Positions 29,108 to 38,582 of a stretch of DNA of 64,000 nt are shown in pieces. The position numbers were made by a program, and so were the translations under genes. Location of the stretch: NCBI GenBank assembly GCA_021155905.1, contig JAJNBG010000025.1, positions 11,664 through 75,663 on the forward strand, read 5' to 3'. Origin of the DNA: Bacteroidota bacterium (lineage in GTDB: Bacteria > Bacteroidota > Bacteroidia > B-17B0 > Aurantibacillaceae). The notes under the pieces are model-generated. The model saw only the letters and a list, made by a program, of their open reading frames with translations, was not told the origin of the DNA and ran no database searches. Each line of letters starts with the position of its first letter. Position 1 is the stretch's first letter.

Positions 29108-32100
29108 ATGAGAAATATAAAAAGATTTAGCCTGGTGTTGTGCCTGATTTCGGTAATAGCACCATTTTTAAAGTTAAACGCACAAATTAATAAGTGCGGG
29201 ACAGATGAAATTCACAGACAGCTTTTATTAAGCGATCCCGCATATGCACAGCGAATGCAGTCTTATGAGGATTATGTTGCCACCATCCAGCCCAGCCTTC
29301 AAAAGACTATGGGTGTTGTATATAAAATGCCTGTGGTAGTACACGTGATGCACAAGGGTGAAGCAATCGGGACGGGAATAAACGTAAGTGATCAGGCGAT
29401 CAGGGATGCAATCCAGGATCTGAATGAAATGTACAGGAAAGTTCCGGGAACTGCAGGAGATGGGAATGGCGTGGATGTTGAAATTGAATATTCTTTAGCT
29501 GTCAGGGACCCTGCCGGAAACTGCACAAATGGAATTGTTCGCGTAAACATGACCGGCAACTCAGCATACATGAGTAACGGCGTTGACCGTTCATCAAGCG
29601 GTGGGATTAGCGACGCTTCCCTCAAAGCTATTTCTGTATGGAACCAAACCAAATACTATAACATCTGGTTAATTTCCGAAATCGATAATAATAATGGTGG
29701 TAGTGGTGTTCAGGGCTATGCCTATTTTGCGTCAAGCCATGGATCATCTGTTGACGGTGCTGTAATCCTATCCAGTAATTTTATTAGCGGTACTTCTACT
29801 ACCGCAGCTCACGAATTAGGCCATTCATTGAATCTGTATCACACGTTTGAAGGTGATGGAACCGGAAGTACTTGTCCTGCCGCATCAAATGGCTGTGGTT
29901 CGGGTGCCGGCGACTGCTGTGGAGATATTCCCGCTCATATTCGTAGCCCTTATGATTGTGCTACCGGAATTAATGCCTGTGATGGAACTACTCAAAGGGA
30001 CTTATTCATCCATAATTACATGGATTATTCCGATGATTTATGCCAGAATATGCTGACTGCCAATCAAAAAACAAGAATGGTGGCTGCTGTAACAGGAGTT
30101 AGAGCATCTTTTTTAAGCCCTGAAAATGGCGGCACCAATTTAAGCCTTGTGCCTCCTACAACTGCTGTGGTAGATTTTAAAGCGTCCGCTTCTGTCATTT
30201 GCGGAACCGGACAAACCGTTGATTTCATGGATATGTCCAGCTGCACACCTAATTCATATATTCCGGCTTCTTCTTATTCAGGTATCACTCATAGTTGGGT
30301 ATTTACCAATGGAACAAATACCTACACTTCCTCTGCTCAAAATCCCTCCATTACATTTACCAATACTGGTACTTACACCGTGAGTCTTTCCATCACAAAT
30401 GCATCCGGGACTACATCTTTAACAAAGCCTGGCATGTTGATTATTACCAGTGGCGCTCCCGTAGCGGGCTGTACACCAGGCACTACAAATGCCGGAAACT
30501 ACTGGCAAACGATTTACAAAACTTCTTTTAATACGTTTAGCAGCTCAACCTCACAGTACGTAAATTCTGCTTATTCAAACCTTGCCTGTTCTTATAACAC
30601 CACGGTTAATGCAGGCGGTACTTATAGCTTATCTGTTTCTGCAAACGCTGCAGGCGGAAGCGGAAACGAAGTTTTTGAAGTTTATATTGATTATAACAAT
30701 AACGGTGTTTTTGCTAATCCTTCGGAATTGGTTTTTTCAGGTGTTGCCACAAGTAGCACTACTTCAACTTTTACTACCAATGTGACTATTCCGGGCACAG
30801 CTGTTCAAAACACATTACTGAGAATGAGGGTGATCGGTGAAACCGGCACTCTTTCCGTATCCGAGAGAACCTGCGGGGTTAATTTATTCATTGGTGACGT
30901 TGAAGACTACGGCGTATTCATTAATCCACCTGCCTGCGCTTCACCAAGTATTACTTCATCTACGGGTGCAACCAGATGTGGCACAGGAACTCTGACTTTA
31001 TCAGCGACTACAAATTCAGGAACAGTGAATTGGTACACTGCTGCAACCGGCGGAACTGCCATAGCAACCGGTACAGTTTACACAACACCTTCCTTAACAG
31101 CAACCACAATTTATTATGTGGATGCAACGAGTGCAGGTTGTACCACACCTTCAAGAACTGCAATAACTGCCAGCATTAGTGCCGGTCCAACCGTAACTAT
31201 TTCTCCTTCCGCAACAAGTCTTTGCTCGGGACAAAGCGTTACTCTGACGGTTTCCGGAGCTACGACTTATACCTGGGCTCCAACGGGTTCAGGAACAGTT
31301 AGCGTGGTTTCTCCAACTGCTACGACTATTTACACGGTTACTGGCACGACGGCAGGTTGCACAGGACCGCCTAAAACGGCCACAGTATCCATTAGCTCAG
31401 CATCTTCCTTACCATTAGTAGAAGATTTTCAGGGAACTTTTCCACCAGCCAATTGGTTTATTGTGGATGCCGGAAATGATAATGTGAAATGGAGCAAAGC
31501 TTTAAATGCCGGTGCACTCACCACGACAAACAGTGCTGTATTTGACAATTTCAATGTGGATGTGACAGGAACAAGGGATGAACTAAAAACTACTGTTAAT
31601 CTTTCAGGTTTTTCTTCCGCAAAAATGACTTTTTACCGCGCTTACGGGCAAACTTTTACAACCCCAAATATTGATTCCCTGGAGATAAGAATCAGCACAA
31701 ATTGCGGTTCATCGTCCACTCAGGCATACTACAAAGGCGGATCTCAAATCGCAACCGGTAACGGTAACGGAACAACCATTTTCGTTCCTACGGCTGCGCA
31801 ATGGGCAAAAGACTCAATCGACTTAACTCCATACGTGGGACAAAGCAGTGTGATTGTTTCATTAATTAACCGATCTAATTATGGTGACGGTCTATATATT
31901 GACAAAATAAATTTAACCGGCATAGCTGCTACTACACCAACTGCGGCAATAACCTCAGCGAGCACAGGTTGTACCGGAACTTCAATAACTTTAACGGACG
32001 CTTCAATCGGAAATCCATCTTCATGGGCATGGACCATGGCCGGAGGTACACCAAGTGTATCCACTTCTCAAAACACTTCTGTTACCTATTCAACAGCCGG

Positions 32101-34414
32101 AGTAAAAACAATCACATTGACAGTAGCAAATGCCTCTGGTACCACAACAGCTACAAAGTCAATTACAATCACTGCTACACCAACTGTCGCTGCATCTATA
32201 ACAAATACAACAATCTGTAGCGGAACTTCCGTAGTTGAAACCTTAACCGGTGCAACAACTTATACATGGCTTCCTTCAGGATCAGGTTCAACAAGTACTT
32301 TAACTCCAGCGTCAACCACAGTTTATACAATCACAGGTTCAACAGGAGGATGTACCAGTGCTCCAAGAACAGTAACCGTAAATGTTACGCCTACCCCAAC
32401 CGTTAATATCACTGCTTCTTCATCAACAATTTGTTCGGGGCAAACAGTGACTTTAACTGCGAGTGGCGGTACAACTTATTCATGGGCACCGGGAGCACAA
32501 ACTACCACAGTGATTGCTGTTAGTCCTACAGTAACCGCTTCGTATACTGTTACAGGATTTAATGGAAGCTGTAGTTCTACTAAAACTATTACCATCAATG
32601 TGACTTCTACTCCAACCGTGGCAACCTCCATTACCAATACAACTATTTGTAGCGGATCATCCATTGTTGCAACAGTTACAGGAGCAACTACTTATACCTG
32701 GTTGCCAAGCGGTTCAGGCGGAACAAGCACTCTAACACCTGCTTCAACAACAGTGTATACAGTGACCGGAAGTACCGGGGGTTGCGCAAGTTCAGCTAAA
32801 ACATTTACTGTTAATGTAATCAACACTCCAACGGTTGGCATAAGTGTTTCTTCATCTACCATTTGTCCAGGACAAACTACTACCTTAACAGCAAGCGGCG
32901 CATCAACTTATTCCTGGTCACCTGGAGCGCAAACAACTACTGTTATTGCAGTTAGTCCAACCGTAACCGCTTCATATACGGTAACCGGATTCAATGGAAG
33001 TTGCAGTTCGACGAAAACCATTACCATCAATGTGACTTCTACTCCAACAGTGGCAAGTTCAATTACCAATACAACCGTTTGCAGCGGATCATCCGTTGTT
33101 GCGACACTAACAGGAGCAACCACTTACACATGGTTACCTAGCGGTTCAGGTGGAACGAGCACTTTAACACCTTCTTCCACTACAGTGTATACAGTTACCG
33201 GAAGTACAGGAAGTTGTGCGAGCGCTCCTAAAACATTTACTGTTAATGTCACCACAACGCCTACGGTTGGCTTGACGACTTCTTCCTCAACTATTTGTGC
33301 AGGGCAAAGCGTTACCTTAACAGCAAGCGGTGCTTCTACTTATTCATGGTCGCCTGGAGCTCAAACAACGACAGTGATCACTGTTAATCCAACAGGAACC
33401 AGTTCATATACCGTAAGAGGTTTTAATGGAAGTTGCAGCTCTACCAAAACCATCACAATCAATGTGAGTTCTACGCCAACTGTGGTAAGCTCCATTACCA
33501 ACACGACGATTTGTAATGGAAAATCCGTAATTGCTACTGTTACAGGAGCAACGAGTTATTCATGGTTCCCAACTGGTTCAGGTAACACCAGCACACTAAC
33601 CCCTTCGTCGACAACTGTATATACAGTTACAGGAAGGAACGGAAGCTGTGTAAGCGCTCCTAAAACATTTACGATAAATGTGAATGCTAATCCAACCCTA
33701 AGTAATACTGTAACCAGTGTAAGTTGTTTTGGTTTATGTGATGGCTCTATGACGGTTACTGCTTCCGGAGGAACAGGACCATATGCGTACAGCCTGGTGC
33801 AGGGCGCACCTGTTTGTGCAGCGACTACCTGTACAAATTTATGCGCTGGAGTATATACGTTGAACGTAACGGATATGAACGGATGTACCGCGACTTCAAA
33901 CGTCTTAATTTCACAGCCAACTCAATTGATGGCTACCATTTCAAATACGAATGCGACTTGTGCAGGATGTACGGATGGTGCAGCTTCCGTTTTGGCGAGC
34001 GGTGGAACTCCGGGGTATTCATACACATGGTTACCGGGTTCCCAAACTACGCCATCCATCGCCAATTTAGCGGTTGGCTGTTACACAGCACAAGTGTTTG
34101 ATAACAATGGTTGTGTAGTTACTGCCACAACATGCATCAGCTTCGGTACAAGCGTTGCTCAACTGCAAAATACCGGCAGCAGTTTAAGTATTTTCCCGAA
34201 TCCAGGTAAAGGTGTGTTTACAATTTCAAACACTATCAAGACCGCTCAATTTGATGTAGTGATTATTAATGCTTTAGGGCAGACTGTAATGACAGAATCA
34301 GGTGAAAACATCAGCGAGATTGCTTTTGATCTGAGCACATACAGCAGAGGTATCTATTATGCCAAAGTAACCACAACAGAAGGAACTAAGCTATTTAAAA
34401 TAGTTCTTGAATAG
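29108..34414 (+). CDS. T9SS-secreted multidomain M43 (pappalysin/cytophagalysin-like) zinc metalloprotease on an Ig-repeat stalk
   Basis: 1768 aa with signal peptide 'LVLCLISVIAPFLKLNAQ'. Domains in order: zincin 'AAHELGHSLNLYHTF' plus 'NYMDYSDD'; PKD-like modules; GEVED-type module ending 'GDVEDYGV'; MAM/choice-of-anchor-J-like 'EDFQGTFPPANWFIVD'; tandem Ig-like units; SprB-type repeats 'CFGLCDGSMTVTASGGTGPYAYS' and 'CAGCTDGAASVLASGGTPGYSYTW'. The C-terminus 'LSIFPNPGKGVFTI...GIYYAKVTTTEGTKLFKIVLE' is a type A CTD. Confidence 0.9.
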   Translation: MRNIKRFSLVLCLISVIAPFLKLNAQINKCGTDEIHRQLLLSDPAYAQRMQSYEDYVATIQPSLQKTMGVVYKMPVVVHVMHKGEAIGTGINVSDQAIRDAIQDLNEMYRKVPGTAGDGNGVDVEIEYSLAVRDPAGNCTNGIVRVNMTGNSAYMSNGVDRSSSGGISDASLKAISVWNQTKYYNIWLISEIDNNNGGSGVQGYAYFASSHGSSVDGAVILSSNFISGTSTTAAHELGHSLNLYHTFEGDGTGSTCPAASNGCGSGAGDCCGDIPAHIRSPYDCATGINACDGTTQRDLFIHNYMDYSDDLCQNMLTANQKTRMVAAVTGVRASFLSPENGGTNLSLVPPTTAVVDFKASASVICGTGQTVDFMDMSSCTPNSYIPASSYSGITHSWVFTNGTNTYTSSAQNPSITFTNTGTYTVSLSITNASGTTSLTKPGMLIITSGAPVAGCTPGTTNAGNYWQTIYKTSFNTFSSSTSQYVNSAYSNLACSYNTTVNAGGTYSLSVSANAAGGSGNEVFEVYIDYNNNGVFANPSELVFSGVATSSTTSTFTTNVTIPGTAVQNTLLRMRVIGETGTLSVSERTCGVNLFIGDVEDYGVFINPPACASPSITSSTGATRCGTGTLTLSATTNSGTVNWYTAATGGTAIATGTVYTTPSLTATTIYYVDATSAGCTTPSRTAITASISAGPTVTISPSATSLCSGQSVTLTVSGATTYTWAPTGSGTVSVVSPTATTIYTVTGTTAGCTGPPKTATVSISSASSLPLVEDFQGTFPPANWFIVDAGNDNVKWSKALNAGALTTTNSAVFDNFNVDVTGTRDELKTTVNLSGFSSAKMTFYRAYGQTFTTPNIDSLEIRISTNCGSSSTQAYYKGGSQIATGNGNGTTIFVPTAAQWAKDSIDLTPYVGQSSVIVSLINRSNYGDGLYIDKINLTGIAATTPTAAITSASTGCTGTSITLTDASIGNPSSWAWTMAGGTPSVSTSQNTSVTYSTAGVKTITLTVANASGTTTATKSITITATPTVAASITNTTICSGTSVVETLTGATTYTWLPSGSGSTSTLTPASTTVYTITGSTGGCTSAPRTVTVNVTPTPTVNITASSSTICSGQTVTLTASGGTTYSWAPGAQTTTVIAVSPTVTASYTVTGFNGSCSSTKTITINVTSTPTVATSITNTTICSGSSIVATVTGATTYTWLPSGSGGTSTLTPASTTVYTVTGSTGGCASSAKTFTVNVINTPTVGISVSSSTICPGQTTTLTASGASTYSWSPGAQTTTVIAVSPTVTASYTVTGFNGSCSSTKTITINVTSTPTVASSITNTTVCSGSSVVATLTGATTYTWLPSGSGGTSTLTPSSTTVYTVTGSTGSCASAPKTFTVNVTTTPTVGLTTSSSTICAGQSVTLTASGASTYSWSPGAQTTTVITVNPTGTSSYTVRGFNGSCSSTKTITINVSSTPTVVSSITNTTICNGKSVIATVTGATSYSWFPTGSGNTSTLTPSSTTVYTVTGRNGSCVSAPKTFTINVNANPTLSNTVTSVSCFGLCDGSMTVTASGGTGPYAYSLVQGAPVCAATTCTNLCAGVYTLNVTDMNGCTATSNVLISQPTQLMATISNTNATCAGCTDGAASVLASGGTPGYSYTWLPGSQTTPSIANLAVGCYTAQVFDNNGCVVTATTCISFGTSVAQLQNTGSSLSIFPNPGKGVFTISNTIKTAQFDVVIINALGQTVMTESGENISEIAFDLSTYSRGIYYAKVTTTEGTKLFKIVLE
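32177..33697 (+). repeat. In-frame tandem array: 432-nt (two Ig-like units) super-repeat, about 3.5 copies
   Basis: Unit starts 'ACxCCAACxGT' (TPTV) fall at 32177, 32609, 33041 and 33473, an exact 432-nt phase. Confidence 0.9.
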
Positions 34415-34433
34415 TAGTTATTTTATCAAACTT

Positions 34434-34469
34434 AAAAAAAGCCCTTGCGTGATTCGCAAGGGCTTTTTT
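34434..34469. terminator. Rho-independent terminator of the M43 protease gene
   Basis: A 9-bp GC-rich stem, GCCCTTGCG (34441-34449) with CGCAAGGGC (34455-34463), has a 5-nt loop. A T-run lies at 34464-34469 and an A-run precedes the stem. Confidence 0.8.
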
Positions 34470-34510
34470 ATGAATAAACTGATCGTCAAATAGCAATACA
34501 CTTTAAGTAA

Positions 34511-34539
34511 AAAGCTCCATGAAATTATCATGGAGCTTT
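34511..34539 (-). terminator. Rho-independent terminator of the kinase/LytTR operon
   Basis: A 12-bp stem, AAAGCTCCATGA (34511-34522) with TCATGGAGCTTT (34528-34539), has a 5-nt loop. It lies 19 nt after the response-regulator stop on the minus strand. Confidence 0.7.
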
Positions 34540-34557
34540 TAGTTTATAAATTTGATG

Positions 34558-35310
34558 TTACATAGAAGTATTGAGCCGTTCCAGAAAGGCATCTTTTTTG
34601 CGGCGGCTTATCTCCAGCTGTGTACTATCACTCATGATCGCATAACCGCCATCTACTTTTAAAAACCGGGTCACATGGTTCATGTTAATTAAATGATGGT
34701 GATGGATGCGGATAAAATCATTCGGAGGAAGTAAATCTTCATAATGTTTCAAACTTGCCGATACCATTAATTTTTTTCCACCGGTTAAATGAAAGTTAGT
34801 ATAACTCCCATCGGCTTCACAACGGATAATATCCTTGATATTTACGATTTCATAAGCATTGCCGGTAGGCAAGGTGATTTTATTATAATTGTCATCTGCC
34901 CGTTTTAAATTCTGAATCAGGAACTGTAGGTTGTCCATGCTGGGCATATTCGATGATCTCTTTTCAATTAAACGGTTAATGGCCGACCTTAATTCATCAA
35001 TATCAATTGGTTTCAGCAGATAGTCACAAGCGCTGTATTTAATAGCCTTTAGCGCATGTCTGTCTGTTGCAGTCGTGAAAATAATATCGAACTTTGCACC
35101 CTGCACTTTTTCAAGAACATCAAAGCCTGTTCCATCCGGCATACTAATATCGAGGAACAATAAATTAGGTTTATGAGTGTTTATTAGCTCTACCCCTTCC
35201 GCGACATTCTTTCCCAAACCTAAAATAGTTATTTGCGGAAAATTATTCTTCAAAAGGTCAGCCAGCATTTCCCGGCTTTTCTTCTCGTCTTCTATGATAA
35301 TAGCTTTCAT
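34558..35310 (-). CDS. LytTR-family response regulator
   Basis: 250 aa. Receiver 'MKAIIIEDE...LLFLDISMPDGTGFDVLE'. C-terminal LytTR 'IVNIKDIIRCEADGSYTNFHL..GKKLMVSASLKHYEDLL....FIRIHHHHLINMNHV'. Confidence 0.92.
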   Translation of the reverse strand: MKAIIIEDEKKSREMLADLLKNNFPQITILGLGKNVAEGVELINTHKPNLLFLDISMPDGTGFDVLEKVQGAKFDIIFTTATDRHALKAIKYSACDYLLKPIDIDELRSAINRLIEKRSSNMPSMDNLQFLIQNLKRADDNYNKITLPTGNAYEIVNIKDIIRCEADGSYTNFHLTGGKKLMVSASLKHYEDLLPPNDFIRIHHHHLINMNHVTRFLKVDGGYAIMSDSTQLEISRRKKDAFLERLNTSM

Positions 35311-35334
35311 AATTCAGTTTTTTGTGGTTAGTGA

Positions 35335-38319
35335 TTATCGTTCGTATGGAATAAATAAATCTACCTGAGTTCCAACAGGTTCTTTTTTGTCATTATACAA
35401 ATCTATAATATTTACATTCAAATTGGATTGGTGCAGATTATTTAAAATTCTTACCCTGTCTTTAGTAATCTTCATCCCCAGTGACTTATGACGGGCAGCA
35501 GGTTGCAGACTCTGAATAGCTCTTGACTTCTCACGTCCAATACCATCATCCCTGATGGAGATTTTCATAAACTGATTGACTACTTTAATAGATATGCTGA
35601 TATGACCATTTCGCTCCTTTGGATTGATACCATGCAAAATGGCATTTTCCAGGTAAGGCTGAATCAACATCGGAGGAATTTCATCATAGTCACCATCGAT
35701 CGATTTATCGACTTCAAAAGAATATTCAAACTTATCGTCAAAGCGCATTCTCTCCAACTCCAGGTATAACTCCAATGCTTCAATTTCTTCATTAATAGTG
35801 ACCGTTGGTTTCTCAGAATTATTTAAAATAATACGTATCAGTTTTGCGAATTTGTTTAAATACTTAGCAGCCTGATCTCCTTTGCTGTTCAGGATATAAT
35901 GCTGAATCGAATTCAGGGAATTAAAAACAAAATGTGGATTCATTTGTGCCCTCAGTGCTTTTAACTCAGCCTTCGAAACTTCCACTAACTGTTCAAACTC
36001 CATCTGCTGCTTTCGTTTAATCTGCATTAGCCTCAACCTGAATATAGCGATGACAAGTCCGGCACCAGATAAGACGCAGGCCATTATAAACCACCAGGTT
36101 TTATAAAACGGTGATTTTATAACAAAAACAAATTCAACGGGCTCGACGTTCCAGATACCTTCATTGTTGCAGCTTTTTACTTTAAAAGTATATTTCCCCG
36201 GCGGCAAATTATCGTATTTGATATAATTGATATCCGTGTGTGGACTCCACTCCTTGTCATAGTTTTCCAGCTTAAAGGAATACAACACTTTTTCCGGAGC
36301 CGTTAAACAAATACCATCGAAATAAAAACTGATATTATTCAAAGAATAAGGCAGCACCGATCCGCTCGCCAACGAGGTATCCATATAACCAATTTTTATA
36401 TTGGCTATGTTTGTTTTAGAAAGATTATCGTTTTCAATAAATTCTTTTGGAGAATATTTAATCAATCCATTTACTGTGCCAAACCAGATGCTACTATCGG
36501 CATCCTCGTATATCCCATGTGAATTCGATTCGACGCCGGTGAATCCATCTGCCCTGCCGTACTTTGTGATATCTATCAAGCCGTATTGCAGTTTTTTGAC
36601 ATCAATTCTGTTAATGCCCTGGTTAGTGCCTGCCCATAAATAACTATTGTCTTTCGTAATATTGAGGGCATAAACCAACTCTGAACTTAATCCATCTTTC
36701 TCGGAAATAAATTTATAATTGTGCCTCTCCGGATTAAACATCAGCACGCCATTTAAAGTGGCGGCATATAAATTTCCCCGAGTGTCCTTACACAGATCCA
36801 ACGCAGTGGTAACTCCGTTTGGCGAAGAAATTGCCTGTTGCCTGAATTGTTCGTTCTCCAATCTAAATAATCCGGCCAAATAAGTTCCGGCCCAAATATT
36901 TCCGTTATTGTCTTCGATGATACTCCACACTTCAAAACCCTCTTTATTATCCGTTTTACCGGGTATTTTATAATACGTAATAGCATACGACCTACCATGT
37001 TTTTTTATCGAGCAGACACCGTTTTGTCCTCCAACCCAAATGAGTCCTTTATTATCTTTATAAAAACAGTTAACAGGTACTTCCAGTTTGAAGGACGAAC
37101 CAAATGGCAAATTTTGAATGACATCATTCTTGTAAACCGAAATACCTTTCTCTCCTCCAAACCAAACAGAGCCATCTTCAAAAGGCAATATGGCATTCAC
37201 CTTGTTGCTTGGCAAACCTTGTTTGACAGAATAATTCTTAAAAAAACCGTTGGAAAATTTATAAACACCATTGCTCTCCGTGGCTATCCACAGGTTTTGA
37301 TTAACATCTCTGATAATTTGAAAAATAAACGCACTACCCAACCCATGCTGCCTGTCATAAACCGTGAATCCTTTACCTCTGTATTTGAATAATCCGCCGT
37401 GTGTGCCTATCCACAAATTATCTTCATAATCAATTAATAAGGAGCGGATGTGGTTTGAGTTGTTATCAAAACCAATATTATAATAATCAAATTGTTTTCC
37501 GTTAAAGCTAATAAGACCGGTTTTAGACCCAATCCATACCGTTTCACTTCCCTGGCACAAGACACTGGTAATTTCTTCATCAATTAGTCCATTACTAACA
37601 TGAAAAATATTCGTTACTTTTTTTTCGACATCTAATATGTATAAACCGTTATTGGTTCCGGCATACAATGTGCTTTTTTCTTTGTTCTCCGAAACGCTTG
37701 AAATGGCAATATCCTCAACAATGGCACGGAAAGTGTTTGAGTTCCCTGATTGTAAATACAATCCCTTGTTAGTTCCAATAATAACTCCAAGCTTTTCTGA
37801 GTATAACAAACAGGTAATGTTATAATCTTTAAAGAAAGGAACCTGGATCACTTTCTTTCCATCCCAAATACACAGTCCTTTATCGGTGCCGGTCCACAAA
37901 CCCTTTTTTGGATCCAAGCAAAAACTCGTTATATGATTGGAAGGAAGGCCATCTTTGATATAGTAGTTACTGATCTGACCTTTTACTTTATCAATCACAC
38001 TTAAACCGTCAATGGTTCCAACTGTAATTAAATGAAACTGATCCTCGATAATAGCATTCACATAGTGGTTAGCCAGGCCGTTTTTGGGAGAATAGTTTTG
38101 AAAGGTTTTCCCATTGAATTTACTTGCGCCACCATAACCACCACTCCACAAATATCCTTTGCTGTCCTGGTACATGGCAAAAATCTGAACATAAGGTAAT
38201 CCGTTTTCTACAGAATAATTTTTAAAATTATACTGTTGTCCGTAGTATTTGAAAGGCAACAAAAATAAAAGTCCGGTAAGAAACAACTGGCAGGCTTTTA
38301 TTTTAAAATTAGATTTCAT
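35335..38319 (-). CDS. sensor histidine kinase with periplasmic two-component-regulator propeller and Y_Y_Y domains (LytS/His_kinase type)
   Basis: 994 aa with a signal peptide and many 'GL..N.V..I..D..G.lW.GT..GL' propeller blades. Also 'PGKYTFKVKSCNNEGIWN' (Y_Y_Y), TM 'WWFIMACVLSGAGLVIAIF', 'LRAQMNPHFVFNSLNSIQ' and the ATPase 'PPMLIQPYLENAILHGI'. The stop lies 24 nt upstream of the regulator gene. Confidence 0.9.
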   Translation of the reverse strand: MKSNFKIKACQLFLTGLLFLLPFKYYGQQYNFKNYSVENGLPYVQIFAMYQDSKGYLWSGGYGGASKFNGKTFQNYSPKNGLANHYVNAIIEDQFHLITVGTIDGLSVIDKVKGQISNYYIKDGLPSNHITSFCLDPKKGLWTGTDKGLCIWDGKKVIQVPFFKDYNITCLLYSEKLGVIIGTNKGLYLQSGNSNTFRAIVEDIAISSVSENKEKSTLYAGTNNGLYILDVEKKVTNIFHVSNGLIDEEITSVLCQGSETVWIGSKTGLISFNGKQFDYYNIGFDNNSNHIRSLLIDYEDNLWIGTHGGLFKYRGKGFTVYDRQHGLGSAFIFQIIRDVNQNLWIATESNGVYKFSNGFFKNYSVKQGLPSNKVNAILPFEDGSVWFGGEKGISVYKNDVIQNLPFGSSFKLEVPVNCFYKDNKGLIWVGGQNGVCSIKKHGRSYAITYYKIPGKTDNKEGFEVWSIIEDNNGNIWAGTYLAGLFRLENEQFRQQAISSPNGVTTALDLCKDTRGNLYAATLNGVLMFNPERHNYKFISEKDGLSSELVYALNITKDNSYLWAGTNQGINRIDVKKLQYGLIDITKYGRADGFTGVESNSHGIYEDADSSIWFGTVNGLIKYSPKEFIENDNLSKTNIANIKIGYMDTSLASGSVLPYSLNNISFYFDGICLTAPEKVLYSFKLENYDKEWSPHTDINYIKYDNLPPGKYTFKVKSCNNEGIWNVEPVEFVFVIKSPFYKTWWFIMACVLSGAGLVIAIFRLRLMQIKRKQQMEFEQLVEVSKAELKALRAQMNPHFVFNSLNSIQHYILNSKGDQAAKYLNKFAKLIRIILNNSEKPTVTINEEIEALELYLELERMRFDDKFEYSFEVDKSIDGDYDEIPPMLIQPYLENAILHGINPKERNGHISISIKVVNQFMKISIRDDGIGREKSRAIQSLQPAARHKSLGMKITKDRVRILNNLHQSNLNVNIIDLYNDKKEPVGTQVDLFIPYER

Positions 38320-38366
38320 AGTGGCATTACTAAAGTACTGATTAAATCATTAGTTTGCCTAAGTCT

Positions 38367-38398
38367 TTTGTAAGTGGTGTGTTTGACTTTGTAAGTGG
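38367..38398. promoter_or_regulatory. Perfect 11-nt direct repeat TTTGTAAGTGG x2 with 21-nt phasing, upstream of the kinase/LytTR operon (candidate LytTR binding site)
   Basis: Copies lie at 38367-38377 and 38388-38398, which is 48-79 nt upstream of the kinase ATG (38319, minus strand). Confidence 0.4.
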
Positions 38399-38582
38399 AT
38401 GGGAAAAAGCAATTTATTGTTCCTTAAATTAGTAAGCTATCTTTGTATTGTTTTAATTCAAAAAGAGCATGATTTCATTTCTTGGCCAGAACCCGTTGAA
38501 AATCAATAAATTATTTAATAAATATTATAGTTTTTGAACATGTATTTTTTGTACTTTCGTTAGCTTAAATTCAAAACATACT

